From NCBI GenBank assembly GCA_964608765.1, contig CAZSPD010000001.1, forward strand, positions 70,912 through 134,911: 64,000 bases of DNA, written 5' to 3'. Shown here in pieces: positions 44,306 to 52,220 of this stretch. Numbering within the stretch: the stretch's first letter is position 1; every line of letters starts with the position of its first letter. The position numbers and the translations under genes are program-made. The notes beneath the pieces were generated by a model. The model made no database searches. It saw only the letters and a list, made by a program, of their open reading frames with translations, and was not told the DNA's origin. This DNA comes from Candidatus Woesearchaeota archaeon (GTDB lineage: Archaea; Nanobdellota; Nanobdellia; Pacearchaeales; GW2011-AR1).

Positions 44306-45025
44306 TCAATCATCATTTTCAACTCTTGGAGCAAGAATATATGAAATTTCAATATTTTCTGTTCTTACATCCATCTTTAAAGGATGGTCATTTGCAAAAT
44401 TTAAAACTGTTTTTTCAGATAATTTAGATGCTTTTATGAATTTTTGCAAATACTCTAAACTGTATCTTGCTTTACATGATTCTGCATTTATATTTGCCTC
44501 ATCACTTGAAAATTCAGTTCTAGCAGAATTTAATCCTTTTGCCTCAATAATATATTTATCTTCTTTAACAATAAACGAACACGCATCAGCAACAACTATG
44601 CAATCTTCAACAGAATCTATTAAATCTTGAGATTTTAATTCAATTCTAGCACTATATTCTAGACTTGGCATTTCTTTATCTTCACTTTCAATATCAATTA
44701 AACTAAGTACAAAATTCCTTCTTATTCTATCATCCATTTGTATATGTAATAAGTTTTCTTTTTTTTCAAGAGTTAATTGCCCTCCACTTCTTTTTAAGAT
44801 TCTCTTAAGACTATCTAAATTAACTCCTAAACTCTCATTTCCACTCTCAAATTCAGAAAAAGCTTTTCTAGGTATTTTTAAACTAACCATTGCAACATTG
44901 GCTGGATCTATTGCTGTTATACTCAATCCAAACTCATTTATTTTTATCTTTACTTCTGTAACTAATTCAGAAATTAACTCAATTGATTTTGATAAAGCAC
45001 CTGCATTTTCAAGCTTAATTTTCAT
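44306..45025 (-). CDS. pcn: DNA polymerase sliding clamp PCNA
   Basis: 239 aa. LSKSIELISELVTEVKIKINEFGLSITAIDPANVAMVSLKIPRKAFSEFE is the typical PCNA N-terminal domain. Confidence 0.88.
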   Translation of the reverse strand: MKIKLENAGALSKSIELISELVTEVKIKINEFGLSITAIDPANVAMVSLKIPRKAFSEFESGNESLGVNLDSLKRILKRSGGQLTLEKKENLLHIQMDDRIRRNFVLSLIDIESEDKEMPSLEYSARIELKSQDLIDSVEDCIVVADACSFIVKEDKYIIEAKGLNSARTEFSSDEANINAESCKARYSLEYLQKFIKASKLSEKTVLNFANDHPLKMDVRTENIEISYILAPRVENDD

Positions 45026-45110
45026 AATTATAAAAGAAACCTTTGTTTTTTAAGTATTGCTATTGTTAAGTATAGGATAATTATTAAAATCCTCTGAGGT
45101 ATGTAAACTA

Positions 45111-46727
45111 ATGGAATTTAAAGAAATTTCCTTTAAAGAGAGGAGAATAAGAAAAATTACTAATCTCTATTATTCAAATCCTGAAATACAAAAGGCAATT
45201 TTTGATTTCTCAAAAAATAGAGAAATTTGTCCAAGATATTTTGAAGGATTTGGAAAAAGACCAGATTCTTTTGAATACTCTGGAGATGTGTTTGAGCTTG
45301 TTAAAAGAGGAGCAACTTCTTTTAATTGTTCAGAAGAACTTTGGTCAGATCCTCTTAAAATTGAAACAGGAATGACAGAAAGGCAATTGAATGAATTAAG
45401 AATAGGATGGGACTTACTAATTGACATAGACTGTAAATATATTGATTTTAGTAAAAAAGCAGCACAGGCAATAATCAAAGTGTTTAAACAACACAAGATT
45501 AAAAATTATGGAATAAAATTTTCAGGCAATAAAGGATTTCACATAATTCTTCCATTCAAAGCCTTTCCAAAAGAAATAGCAGGAGAAAAAACAAAAGACT
45601 TATTTCCAGAATTACCTAGAAAAATCCTTTCTTACGTAAGATTCAAAGCAGAAGAAGAGATGAATAATTTAATTTCTGAAGATGAATTAGCTTCATTTAA
45701 GGATACAGAAATAAAAAAAGGAATAAAGTGTAATAATTGTAGGGAACTTGCTCAAGAATATGAATTAGTTGAGTATTTTTGTCCTAAGTGTTTTAGAAAA
45801 GAAATAAAAAAAGTTTTTTCAGAAAAAAAGAAGGACCTTAAATGTCCTGATTGTAGAACTCTCTTTAAAATAAATAAAATAGAAAAAATATATGAGTGTA
45901 AAAAATGCAATATTTCTTCAAGAGATAAACCAGATAATTTTTCTCGCCATGTTGAAATAGATTTATTTGAATTAATGGGTTTAGATTTAATACTTATTTC
46001 TCCAAGACATTTATTTAGAATGCCTTACTCTCTTCACGAAAGTAGCGGATTAGCAAGCATAGTGCTTAGTGAAAAAGAACTAGAAAATTTTGATTTAAAA
46101 GATGCTAATCCATTAAATGTTCAAATAAAAAACTTTATGCCAGATTCTAAAGATAATGAAGCAGGATATTTAGTTAGAGAAGCTTTAGACTGGGTAAAAC
46201 AAAATCAGATTTATGCAGGGGAATCAAAAGAGATTTTAAGAGGAAAATATGCAGATTTCAAACCAATAAAAATTGATAATATTTTAGATGAGCAATTTCC
46301 ACCATGTATTAAAAATATTCTTAAGGGAATGGCAGATGGAAAAAAACGATCCTTATTTGTACTCATTAATTTCTTTCGTTCAGTTGGAATGGAGAAAGAG
46401 GAACTTGAAAAAAGAATTTACGAATGGAATAAAAAGAATAACCCTCCTTTAAGAGAAGGATATGTTTACTCTCAACTTTCATGGGCATATAAAAGAAAAC
46501 CAATACTACCTCCAAATTGCAGAGAATTTTATCAAGGGATTGGGGTTTGTGAACCAGATGAGCTTTGCAACCACATCAAAAATCCTGTAAATTATTTAAT
46601 AAGAAAAAATTATCTTTCAACAAATAAATCTGAAAGAAAATTAAAAGATAAATCTGCAAAAAAGTCTCCTAGCACAACTAGAAATTTACAAAATAAAAAT
46701 AAAATTAAAAACCCTAAATCAAACTAA
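45111..46727 (+). CDS. priS: fused DNA primase: PriS catalytic domain + zinc-ribbon insert + PriL-CTD-like Fe-S domain
   Basis: PriS motifs DLLIDIDC and FSGNKGFHI. Insert has 4 CxxC pairs. The C-terminal FPPCIKNILKG...RSLFVLINFF...NCREFYQGIGVCEPDELC resembles the PriL C-terminal 4Fe-4S domain (4 Cys). Confidence 0.75.
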   Translation: MEFKEISFKERRIRKITNLYYSNPEIQKAIFDFSKNREICPRYFEGFGKRPDSFEYSGDVFELVKRGATSFNCSEELWSDPLKIETGMTERQLNELRIGWDLLIDIDCKYIDFSKKAAQAIIKVFKQHKIKNYGIKFSGNKGFHIILPFKAFPKEIAGEKTKDLFPELPRKILSYVRFKAEEEMNNLISEDELASFKDTEIKKGIKCNNCRELAQEYELVEYFCPKCFRKEIKKVFSEKKKDLKCPDCRTLFKINKIEKIYECKKCNISSRDKPDNFSRHVEIDLFELMGLDLILISPRHLFRMPYSLHESSGLASIVLSEKELENFDLKDANPLNVQIKNFMPDSKDNEAGYLVREALDWVKQNQIYAGESKEILRGKYADFKPIKIDNILDEQFPPCIKNILKGMADGKKRSLFVLINFFRSVGMEKEELEKRIYEWNKKNNPPLREGYVYSQLSWAYKRKPILPPNCREFYQGIGVCEPDELCNHIKNPVNYLIRKNYLSTNKSERKLKDKSAKKSPSTTRNLQNKNKIKNPKSN

Positions 46728-46756
46728 AAAATAAAAATAATCAATTTTATAAAAAT

Positions 46757-46768
46757 GTTTATAAATAA
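46757..46768 (+). promoter_or_regulatory. TATA-like box (GTTTATAAATAA) 25 nt upstream of the ATG of the 1100-aa gene
   Basis: Same core and spacing as at sepF and the FKBP gene. Implies a leaderless or near-leaderless mRNA. Confidence 0.4.
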
Positions 46769-46786
46769 GAAATCTCTTCTTAAAAG

Positions 46787-49700
46787 ATGAAAAGAGAAGT
46801 GGTTTTTGTATTATTATTTATCTCAATATTACCTTTTTTAAATTTTACACTAGCAGCAGAAGAAGATAAAGTTGAGTTAGGTTACTCTTGCTTAGAAAAG
46901 TCAATAAATCAAACAGGATGTTCTTCACTTAATTTTGAAGGAAAAGTTTTTGCTTACCTCGCATCAGGGCTATGTGGAAAAGAATTATCTGAAGATAATC
47001 AATCTAATCAGTGTTGGCCAAAAGCAGGATGTAAACTAAAATCAACAGCTCAAGCAATTTTAGCTCTAAACAAAAAAACAGACATGGAATTAGCAGAAAA
47101 ATGGCTTTTAAAACAAACAGCTGTTCCTTCTGGAATTGACTGGTTCTTAGAAATAGAAGTCCCAAGTGGTGAAACAACTTGTCAAATTTTGTATCCTGGC
47201 TCACCACCAGCAAAAATAACTATTAGGGAAAATAAAACTCTCTCTTCTGGAGCAGGAAGCCAATTAAAACTTGCTCAAGGAGGATACTGGTTAAGAATAG
47301 ATCCTTCATTGTACAATAAAGAAATCTATATTTCATGTGAAAGACAATTCATCACAACACTATTATTTACAAAATCTAATTCTCAGACTATACATGTTTC
47401 AGAAACTGTTAGTGGAGCAGGAGCAGGAGGAAATGTTAGTGAAAAAGTAACTTCACTTTGCTTTGCTCAAAATGGAGTGTGTAATTATGAAGGAAGTTTG
47501 TGGGCAGCACTTGTTTTAACATCTAGAGGTTATCATGAAGAAGTGCAAAACTTTTTACCTTACCTCATTACAATGAAAGATGAGCCTTCTAATTCAATCT
47601 ATATTCCTGAATCATTTTTATATTATCTAACAAATAAATTTAGAGTAGAATTACTTTTGAAACAAAAATACTCTTCATATTGGGAAGAATCTGGAAATAG
47701 ATATTATGATACTGCACTTGCATTACTTCCTTTAGCTTCTGGAAAATATGATGAAAACTCTAATGAAAAATCTAATGCTAAAGAATGGCTTTTATCAGTT
47801 CAACAAAAAAATGGATGTTGGAACAATGGGAACATAAGAGACACTGCATTTTTACTTTATTCTATTTGGCCTAAAAATCCTTTTTCACCCGTAGGAGAGT
47901 GTGAATATAATTGGGATTGTCCAAGAGTAGATTGTAAATATGCTTGGTGTGAAAAAGGGGTATGTAAATATGAATATGATGGAAGTTGCATTGGAGATGT
48001 TATTTGTAAGTCAGATTCAGATTGTCCTGCTCCAGAATATTCTGAAAACTTTTGTGATGGAAACACAGTTTACAGAGAAACATATACTTTTTCTTGTGAA
48101 ACCTCAAAAGGAACTTGTAAAGTAAGAGACACTAAAAGAGATGTAATTAAATCATGTTCAAAATCAGAAAAGTGCGAAGATGGTAAGTGTATTCAAGATT
48201 CTTGTAGCTATCTTAATCCTTGTCCAAAAGGATATGATTGTGTAAGTGGTTCGTGTATTGAAATAGGGGGAGAGTGTAAGGTTGATAGTGAGTGTGAAGT
48301 TTATAATTATGAAACAGACCCTTTTTGTTCTGATAAATCAACTGTTTCTAAATCTTCCTACACCTACTTTTGTAATACTAAAAAATTAGTATGTGAGCCA
48401 AATAAAGATAAGACAATTACACTTGAGAAATGTTCTAGTTCTCAAAAATGCGATGAATATTCAGCAATGTGTGTAGATAAGGACGAACCTGAATGTGACG
48501 GATTTCTTAAGTGGTGTCCTTCAGGGTATAAATGTTCTAATGGTAAGTGTATTCTTAAAGGAGGCGAAGGAGAAGAAACCCCTAAAGGGCAATGCGAAAT
48601 AGCAGGGGATTGCGACTACAAAGAATGTAAAGTTGCAGAGTGTATAAAAGGAACTTGTTTATGGGAGTATGTTGAATGTAAGAATAATGATTTCTGTTGC
48701 TCTCCTGGATGTAATTATTCTAATGATAATGATTGTGGAGATCCCCCTGAATGCACCTCTGATTCAGATTGTGTAGGTTATGATTATGATTCATCACCTT
48801 TTTGTGATGGAAAACCTTCAAACTATAAAATCATAACAAATCTTTATAATTATACTTGTGTGGATTTCAAGTGTAGCCCGAATATAAGCAGTATTTTAGT
48901 TGAAGATTGTTTACCTTCTCAAGATTGTTACAGTGGAACTTGTTATAACCAATCTTCTACTTGCGAGTGTGTAGATAATTATGGTTGTAGTGTAGGGTAT
49001 AAATGTGTTGATTGTGAGTGTGTAAAGTTAGGAAAAAATGAGTGTATAGATTCGTGGAATTGCGGTTATGATGAAGATTGTGTAAATGAGAAGTGTGTTC
49101 CACTTAAGTGTACTAAAGATGGTGATTGTTATTTTGGATTATGTGTAGATGGAGAGTGTGCTCCATCAAAAGACTGTAAAAGTAAAGGATATTATTGTAA
49201 ATCTAAGTCAAGCTGTGATGCAGGTAATGGAGACATAATGCAAGATTATTCTTGTAAAGAAGATTTGCTTGTTTGTTGTAGTAAAGATTCTGAGCTTTTA
49301 ACTTGCGAGAAGGAGGGAGGAATAATCTGCGCATATAATGAAGTGTGTGTAAATGGAGCTTCTCCTATGACTTCAGATATCTTTTGGGGAGAAGTGTGTT
49401 GTGTTGGAGGAAAATGCTCTTCAGAAAAAGGTGGCTCTGATTTACCAGACAATTCAATCTATTGTGTAGATGAAGGAGGAAGATGTGCTAGTGAAGGTTA
49501 TTGTGAAAGTAATGAAGTTGAAAAACCTTATTTATGTGATTCTTCTTATCAATCTTGCTGTATTAAGTCAAGCTCAGGGGGATCAAGTTCTGGAAAATCT
49601 AAGAAAGGGGGAGCTTGGGTGATAATCATTATACTTTTAATTTTAATTATACTTGCAGTTTTAGGAATAGTATTTAGAGATAAAGTAAGAACTGAGTGGA

Positions 49701-50089
49701 TGAAAGTTAAAAACAAGCTAAGTGGAAAAAAATCTAAAAAAACACCTCAAGGTCCTCCAGGATTACCTTCATCAATGCAGCCAAATTCTCAAGGAAGAAT
49801 TTCTCCAAGAAGAATTTTACCTCCAGGGCAATCTGCTACAGGGCAGGCACCTCCAGGTTCTAAATTCCCTATGAGAACAGTAGGTCCTCCAATGTCAATG
49901 CCTCCTTCACAACCACCAAGACAAACTCCACTAGCAAGAACTTCGCCAACCACACCTCCTCAAACTACTCCAACTCAACAACCTCAAACAGGAACACAAT
50001 CAAAAACTCCTGAGAAGAAAAAAGATGAAAAATCTAAAGAAGATTTAGATGATGTCTTAAAAAGATTAAGGGAAATGGGTGACAAATAA
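46787..50089 (+). CDS. giant modular Cys-rich surface protein: signal peptide, alpha/alpha-toroid-like (prenyltransferase/terpene-cyclase-repeat-like) domain, tandem Cys-rich modules, TM, Pro/Gln/Thr-rich cytoplasmic tail
   Basis: 1100 aa. N-terminal signal peptide. Repeated helix motifs STAQAILAL, GSLWAALVL, YDTALALLPL, IRDTAFLLYSIW. Repeated C-x-SDSDC...FCDG...Y-x-C modules. TM WVIIIILLILIILAVLGIVF. Tail PQGPPGLPSS...PPQTTPTQQPQTG. Confidence 0.6.
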   Translation: MKREVVFVLLFISILPFLNFTLAAEEDKVELGYSCLEKSINQTGCSSLNFEGKVFAYLASGLCGKELSEDNQSNQCWPKAGCKLKSTAQAILALNKKTDMELAEKWLLKQTAVPSGIDWFLEIEVPSGETTCQILYPGSPPAKITIRENKTLSSGAGSQLKLAQGGYWLRIDPSLYNKEIYISCERQFITTLLFTKSNSQTIHVSETVSGAGAGGNVSEKVTSLCFAQNGVCNYEGSLWAALVLTSRGYHEEVQNFLPYLITMKDEPSNSIYIPESFLYYLTNKFRVELLLKQKYSSYWEESGNRYYDTALALLPLASGKYDENSNEKSNAKEWLLSVQQKNGCWNNGNIRDTAFLLYSIWPKNPFSPVGECEYNWDCPRVDCKYAWCEKGVCKYEYDGSCIGDVICKSDSDCPAPEYSENFCDGNTVYRETYTFSCETSKGTCKVRDTKRDVIKSCSKSEKCEDGKCIQDSCSYLNPCPKGYDCVSGSCIEIGGECKVDSECEVYNYETDPFCSDKSTVSKSSYTYFCNTKKLVCEPNKDKTITLEKCSSSQKCDEYSAMCVDKDEPECDGFLKWCPSGYKCSNGKCILKGGEGEETPKGQCEIAGDCDYKECKVAECIKGTCLWEYVECKNNDFCCSPGCNYSNDNDCGDPPECTSDSDCVGYDYDSSPFCDGKPSNYKIITNLYNYTCVDFKCSPNISSILVEDCLPSQDCYSGTCYNQSSTCECVDNYGCSVGYKCVDCECVKLGKNECIDSWNCGYDEDCVNEKCVPLKCTKDGDCYFGLCVDGECAPSKDCKSKGYYCKSKSSCDAGNGDIMQDYSCKEDLLVCCSKDSELLTCEKEGGIICAYNEVCVNGASPMTSDIFWGEVCCVGGKCSSEKGGSDLPDNSIYCVDEGGRCASEGYCESNEVEKPYLCDSSYQSCCIKSSSGGSSSGKSKKGGAWVIIIILLILIILAVLGIVFRDKVRTEWMKVKNKLSGKKSKKTPQGPPGLPSSMQPNSQGRISPRRILPPGQSATGQAPPGSKFPMRTVGPPMSMPPSQPPRQTPLARTSPTTPPQTTPTQQPQTGTQSKTPEKKKDEKSKEDLDDVLKRLREMGDK

Positions 50090-50102
50090 TTTTTAATTAA
50101 AA

Positions 50103-50672
50103 TTAATTTTTTTTACCTTTACTTCCAACACTTTCCTTTTTTTTACCTTTATTCTTATTACTCTCACTTCCTATGCTTTTACTTTCATTACTCCCACTCT
50201 CTTTATTTTCAATTTCTTTAACTTTCTTTAAAGCCTCTTTATATTTTTCTTGCATCTTTGCATTTTCCAGTCCAATCATTCTTGCAAGTTCTTCATATCC
50301 ATGAAGTCTTCTAGTTAATTCACTAAGGATTTCAGTCCACCCATTATTAGTTAGAACAATGTTTTCTGGACTTATAACTTCTACATTAGCAGGCATATAT
50401 TTGAACACAACCATCGCCAAATATAAAATACTTTCAACTTCGAGTTCAACTTCTGCAAATGTGCTATAAAACTCTTTGTTCTCCTCTATTTTAATTGGCT
50501 CATTTACTTTTTTATTTATAACCTTAACACCTTTTTCTTCATTTATCTTTTTTATTATTTCTTCGAGAGTCTCAACAAGATGCTCAGGAGGTCTTCCTAA
50601 TATTTCGAGTATTATTGTAGAGTATATTACTCTCTTTTTTTCATCTTCTCTATCTAAATTCACTTTTTTCAT
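50103..50672 (-). CDS. hypothetical cytoplasmic protein
   Basis: 189-aa ORF. No motif recognised. Lys/Ser-rich tail. Confidence 0.45.
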   Translation of the reverse strand: MKKVNLDREDEKKRVIYSTIILEILGRPPEHLVETLEEIIKKINEEKGVKVINKKVNEPIKIEENKEFYSTFAEVELEVESILYLAMVVFKYMPANVEVISPENIVLTNNGWTEILSELTRRLHGYEELARMIGLENAKMQEKYKEALKKVKEIENKESGSNESKSIGSESNKNKGKKKESVGSKGKKN

Positions 50673-51246
50673 TTTCTTTTTTCTTTAACAAAAATAAAAA
50701 ACCAACTAAAGCACAAAGCAAAACTAGCCCATAAATTGATATTTTACTCTTATCTGATTTTTCAGTGTTGTTTTTGCTTTTTATATCTTTTGAATTTATT
50801 TCATTTAACATAATTACTTCTGACTCTTCTTCAGCTTCATTAACTTCATTCTCTTCCTCATCATATGGAACAAATTTATAGTAAATTGTTTTTCTTTCTT
50901 TGGACTCATTTTCACTCTCTTCATCATCTTCCACTAATTCCTTCTCTTCCTTATTATCTTCACTCTCTTTTTTCTTTTCACCACTAACACAAGCTAGTCC
51001 TTGTTCTTTAATTTTTTCAAGAGTTGTCTTACCTATTCCCACTACGTTTATCAAATCATCTACACTATTAAATGGGCGAGAATCAATTATTGATTGAGCT
51101 TTTACAGCACCTATTCCAGAGAGTTTATCCAATTCTTCTAAAGAAGCTGTGTTAATATTAATTTGATTTTTTTCACATAGTGAAGAAACATTTACTAAAT
51201 TTAGAACTATGAAAAATGCTGCGAAAAAAAGCAAGATATTTTTCAT
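50650..51246 (-). CDS. ComEA-like extracellular helix-hairpin-helix DNA-binding protein with C-terminal TM anchor
   Basis: Signal peptide MKNILLFFAAFFIVLNLVNVSS. ININTASLEELDKLSGIGAVKAQSIIDSRPFNSVDDLINVVGIGKTTLEKIKEQG is the ComEA (HhH)2 signature. Followed by an acidic linker and a C-terminal TM. Confidence 0.75.
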   Translation of the reverse strand: MKNILLFFAAFFIVLNLVNVSSLCEKNQININTASLEELDKLSGIGAVKAQSIIDSRPFNSVDDLINVVGIGKTTLEKIKEQGLACVSGEKKKESEDNKEEKELVEDDEESENESKERKTIYYKFVPYDEEENEVNEAEEESEVIMLNEINSKDIKSKNNTEKSDKSKISIYGLVLLCALVGFLFLLKKKENEKSEFR

Positions 51247-51277
51247 TCACTTAACCATGCTAGAGTTATTTTAAGGA

Positions 51278-51754
51278 TTATTGTGTTACATTATACTTTT
51301 CAGAAAAATCAATATATTCTATTTCTATTCTTCTTCCATTTTTCTTTCTTTTTGCAATTAATATTCTTGAGAATACCCTATTCTCAATTAACCATAAACA
51401 CATACCTCTTTCAGAGGGGTCTAAATATCCATTACTCTTAACTTCAAGTCCTATTACTTCATACTTTCCACCTTCATCTTTTTTAAAACACACAAAATCA
51501 GGGAAACCTGTTCCAATACTTAGAGCTTTTAAAAAAGGATTGTATTTTCTTTTTGCAGGAACTATTTTGTTTTTTTCATAGTCAATATTATTCACCCATT
51601 TATTAACAATCCACCCCATATTTTCTAGATTTTCACGAACTTTAGCTTCAAATCTTCTCCCAGCATCACGGTTTTTCTTACCTTGATTTGAATAAGATGT
51701 TTTAGATTGTTTTTTAGTTGTATTGCCTGATTTCTTTTTCATCTCCTTTTCCAT
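51278..51754 (-). CDS. Hjc-like PD-(D/E)xK nuclease (Holliday junction resolvase family) with Lys-rich N-terminal extension
   Basis: GRRFEAKVRENLENMGWIV ... GFPDFVCF ... VIGLEVKSNG matches the G-x-x-F/E-R, PD and E-x-K arrangement of archaeal Hjc-type endonucleases. Confidence 0.55.
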   Translation of the reverse strand: MEKEMKKKSGNTTKKQSKTSYSNQGKKNRDAGRRFEAKVRENLENMGWIVNKWVNNIDYEKNKIVPAKRKYNPFLKALSIGTGFPDFVCFKKDEGGKYEVIGLEVKSNGYLDPSERGMCLWLIENRVFSRILIAKRKKNGRRIEIEYIDFSEKYNVTQ

Positions 51755-51819
51755 AAAAGATGAAGAATTCTTACTTATAAAAAGGTTTTTAGATAGGATA
51801 GAGTATAATCCTTAGATTT

Positions 51820-52008
51820 TCACCCAATTAATCTATTAAAAATAATACCTACTGCAATAACAATTAACACAACAGGTAACCATGGAACATAAAAATCAAT
51901 AACATCCATTTCCCTTAATAACCATAAACTTGCAAATACTAAAATAATAAATCCTAAAAAAGGAAATCTTCTTCTATAAACTGTTCTATGATATCTTCTT
52001 CTAACCAT
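51820..52008 (-). CDS. small membrane protein (2 TM)
   Basis: Start moved to internal ATG 52008 (MVRRRYHRTVYRRRFPFLGFIIL...), which abuts the stop of the upstream gene. Confidence 0.4.
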   Translation of the reverse strand: MVRRRYHRTVYRRRFPFLGFIILVFASLWLLREMDVIDFYVPWLPVVLIVIAVGIIFNRLIG

Positions 52009-52009
52009 T

Positions 52010-52195
52010 TTATAAGTCTCTTGCTTGCAGAGTTCTTCTTCCATTAGCCTTTGCTCGTTTTATAGCTTCATCTAAAATTTCTTCAACTTTTCTTTCAAGA
52101 GCAATTTCAACTTCATCTGCAACACTACTTATTGCATTATCCTTATCCAGTTCTTTAACTCTTGGACGAATATTTGATTTTATTATTAATCCCAT
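52010..52195 (-). CDS. histone-fold-like small protein (DUF1931-like)
   Basis: 61 aa. ...VADEVEIALERKVEEILDEAIKRAKANGRRTLQARDL resembles the alpha2-L2-alpha3 end of archaeal histone-fold proteins (AK.nGRkTl...D). Confidence 0.5.
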   Translation of the reverse strand: MGLIIKSNIRPRVKELDKDNAISSVADEVEIALERKVEEILDEAIKRAKANGRRTLQARDL

Positions 52196-52220
52196 TATAA
52201 AAATAATAGACTTTAATTTA

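Noticed and set aside
45026-45110. pcn-primase divergent spacer as a possible replication origin
   Set aside because: It is only 85 bp. I see no ORB-like repeats beyond a 7-bp direct repeat (TAAGTAT). There is no adjacent orc1/cdc6 gene, and AT content is no higher than background.
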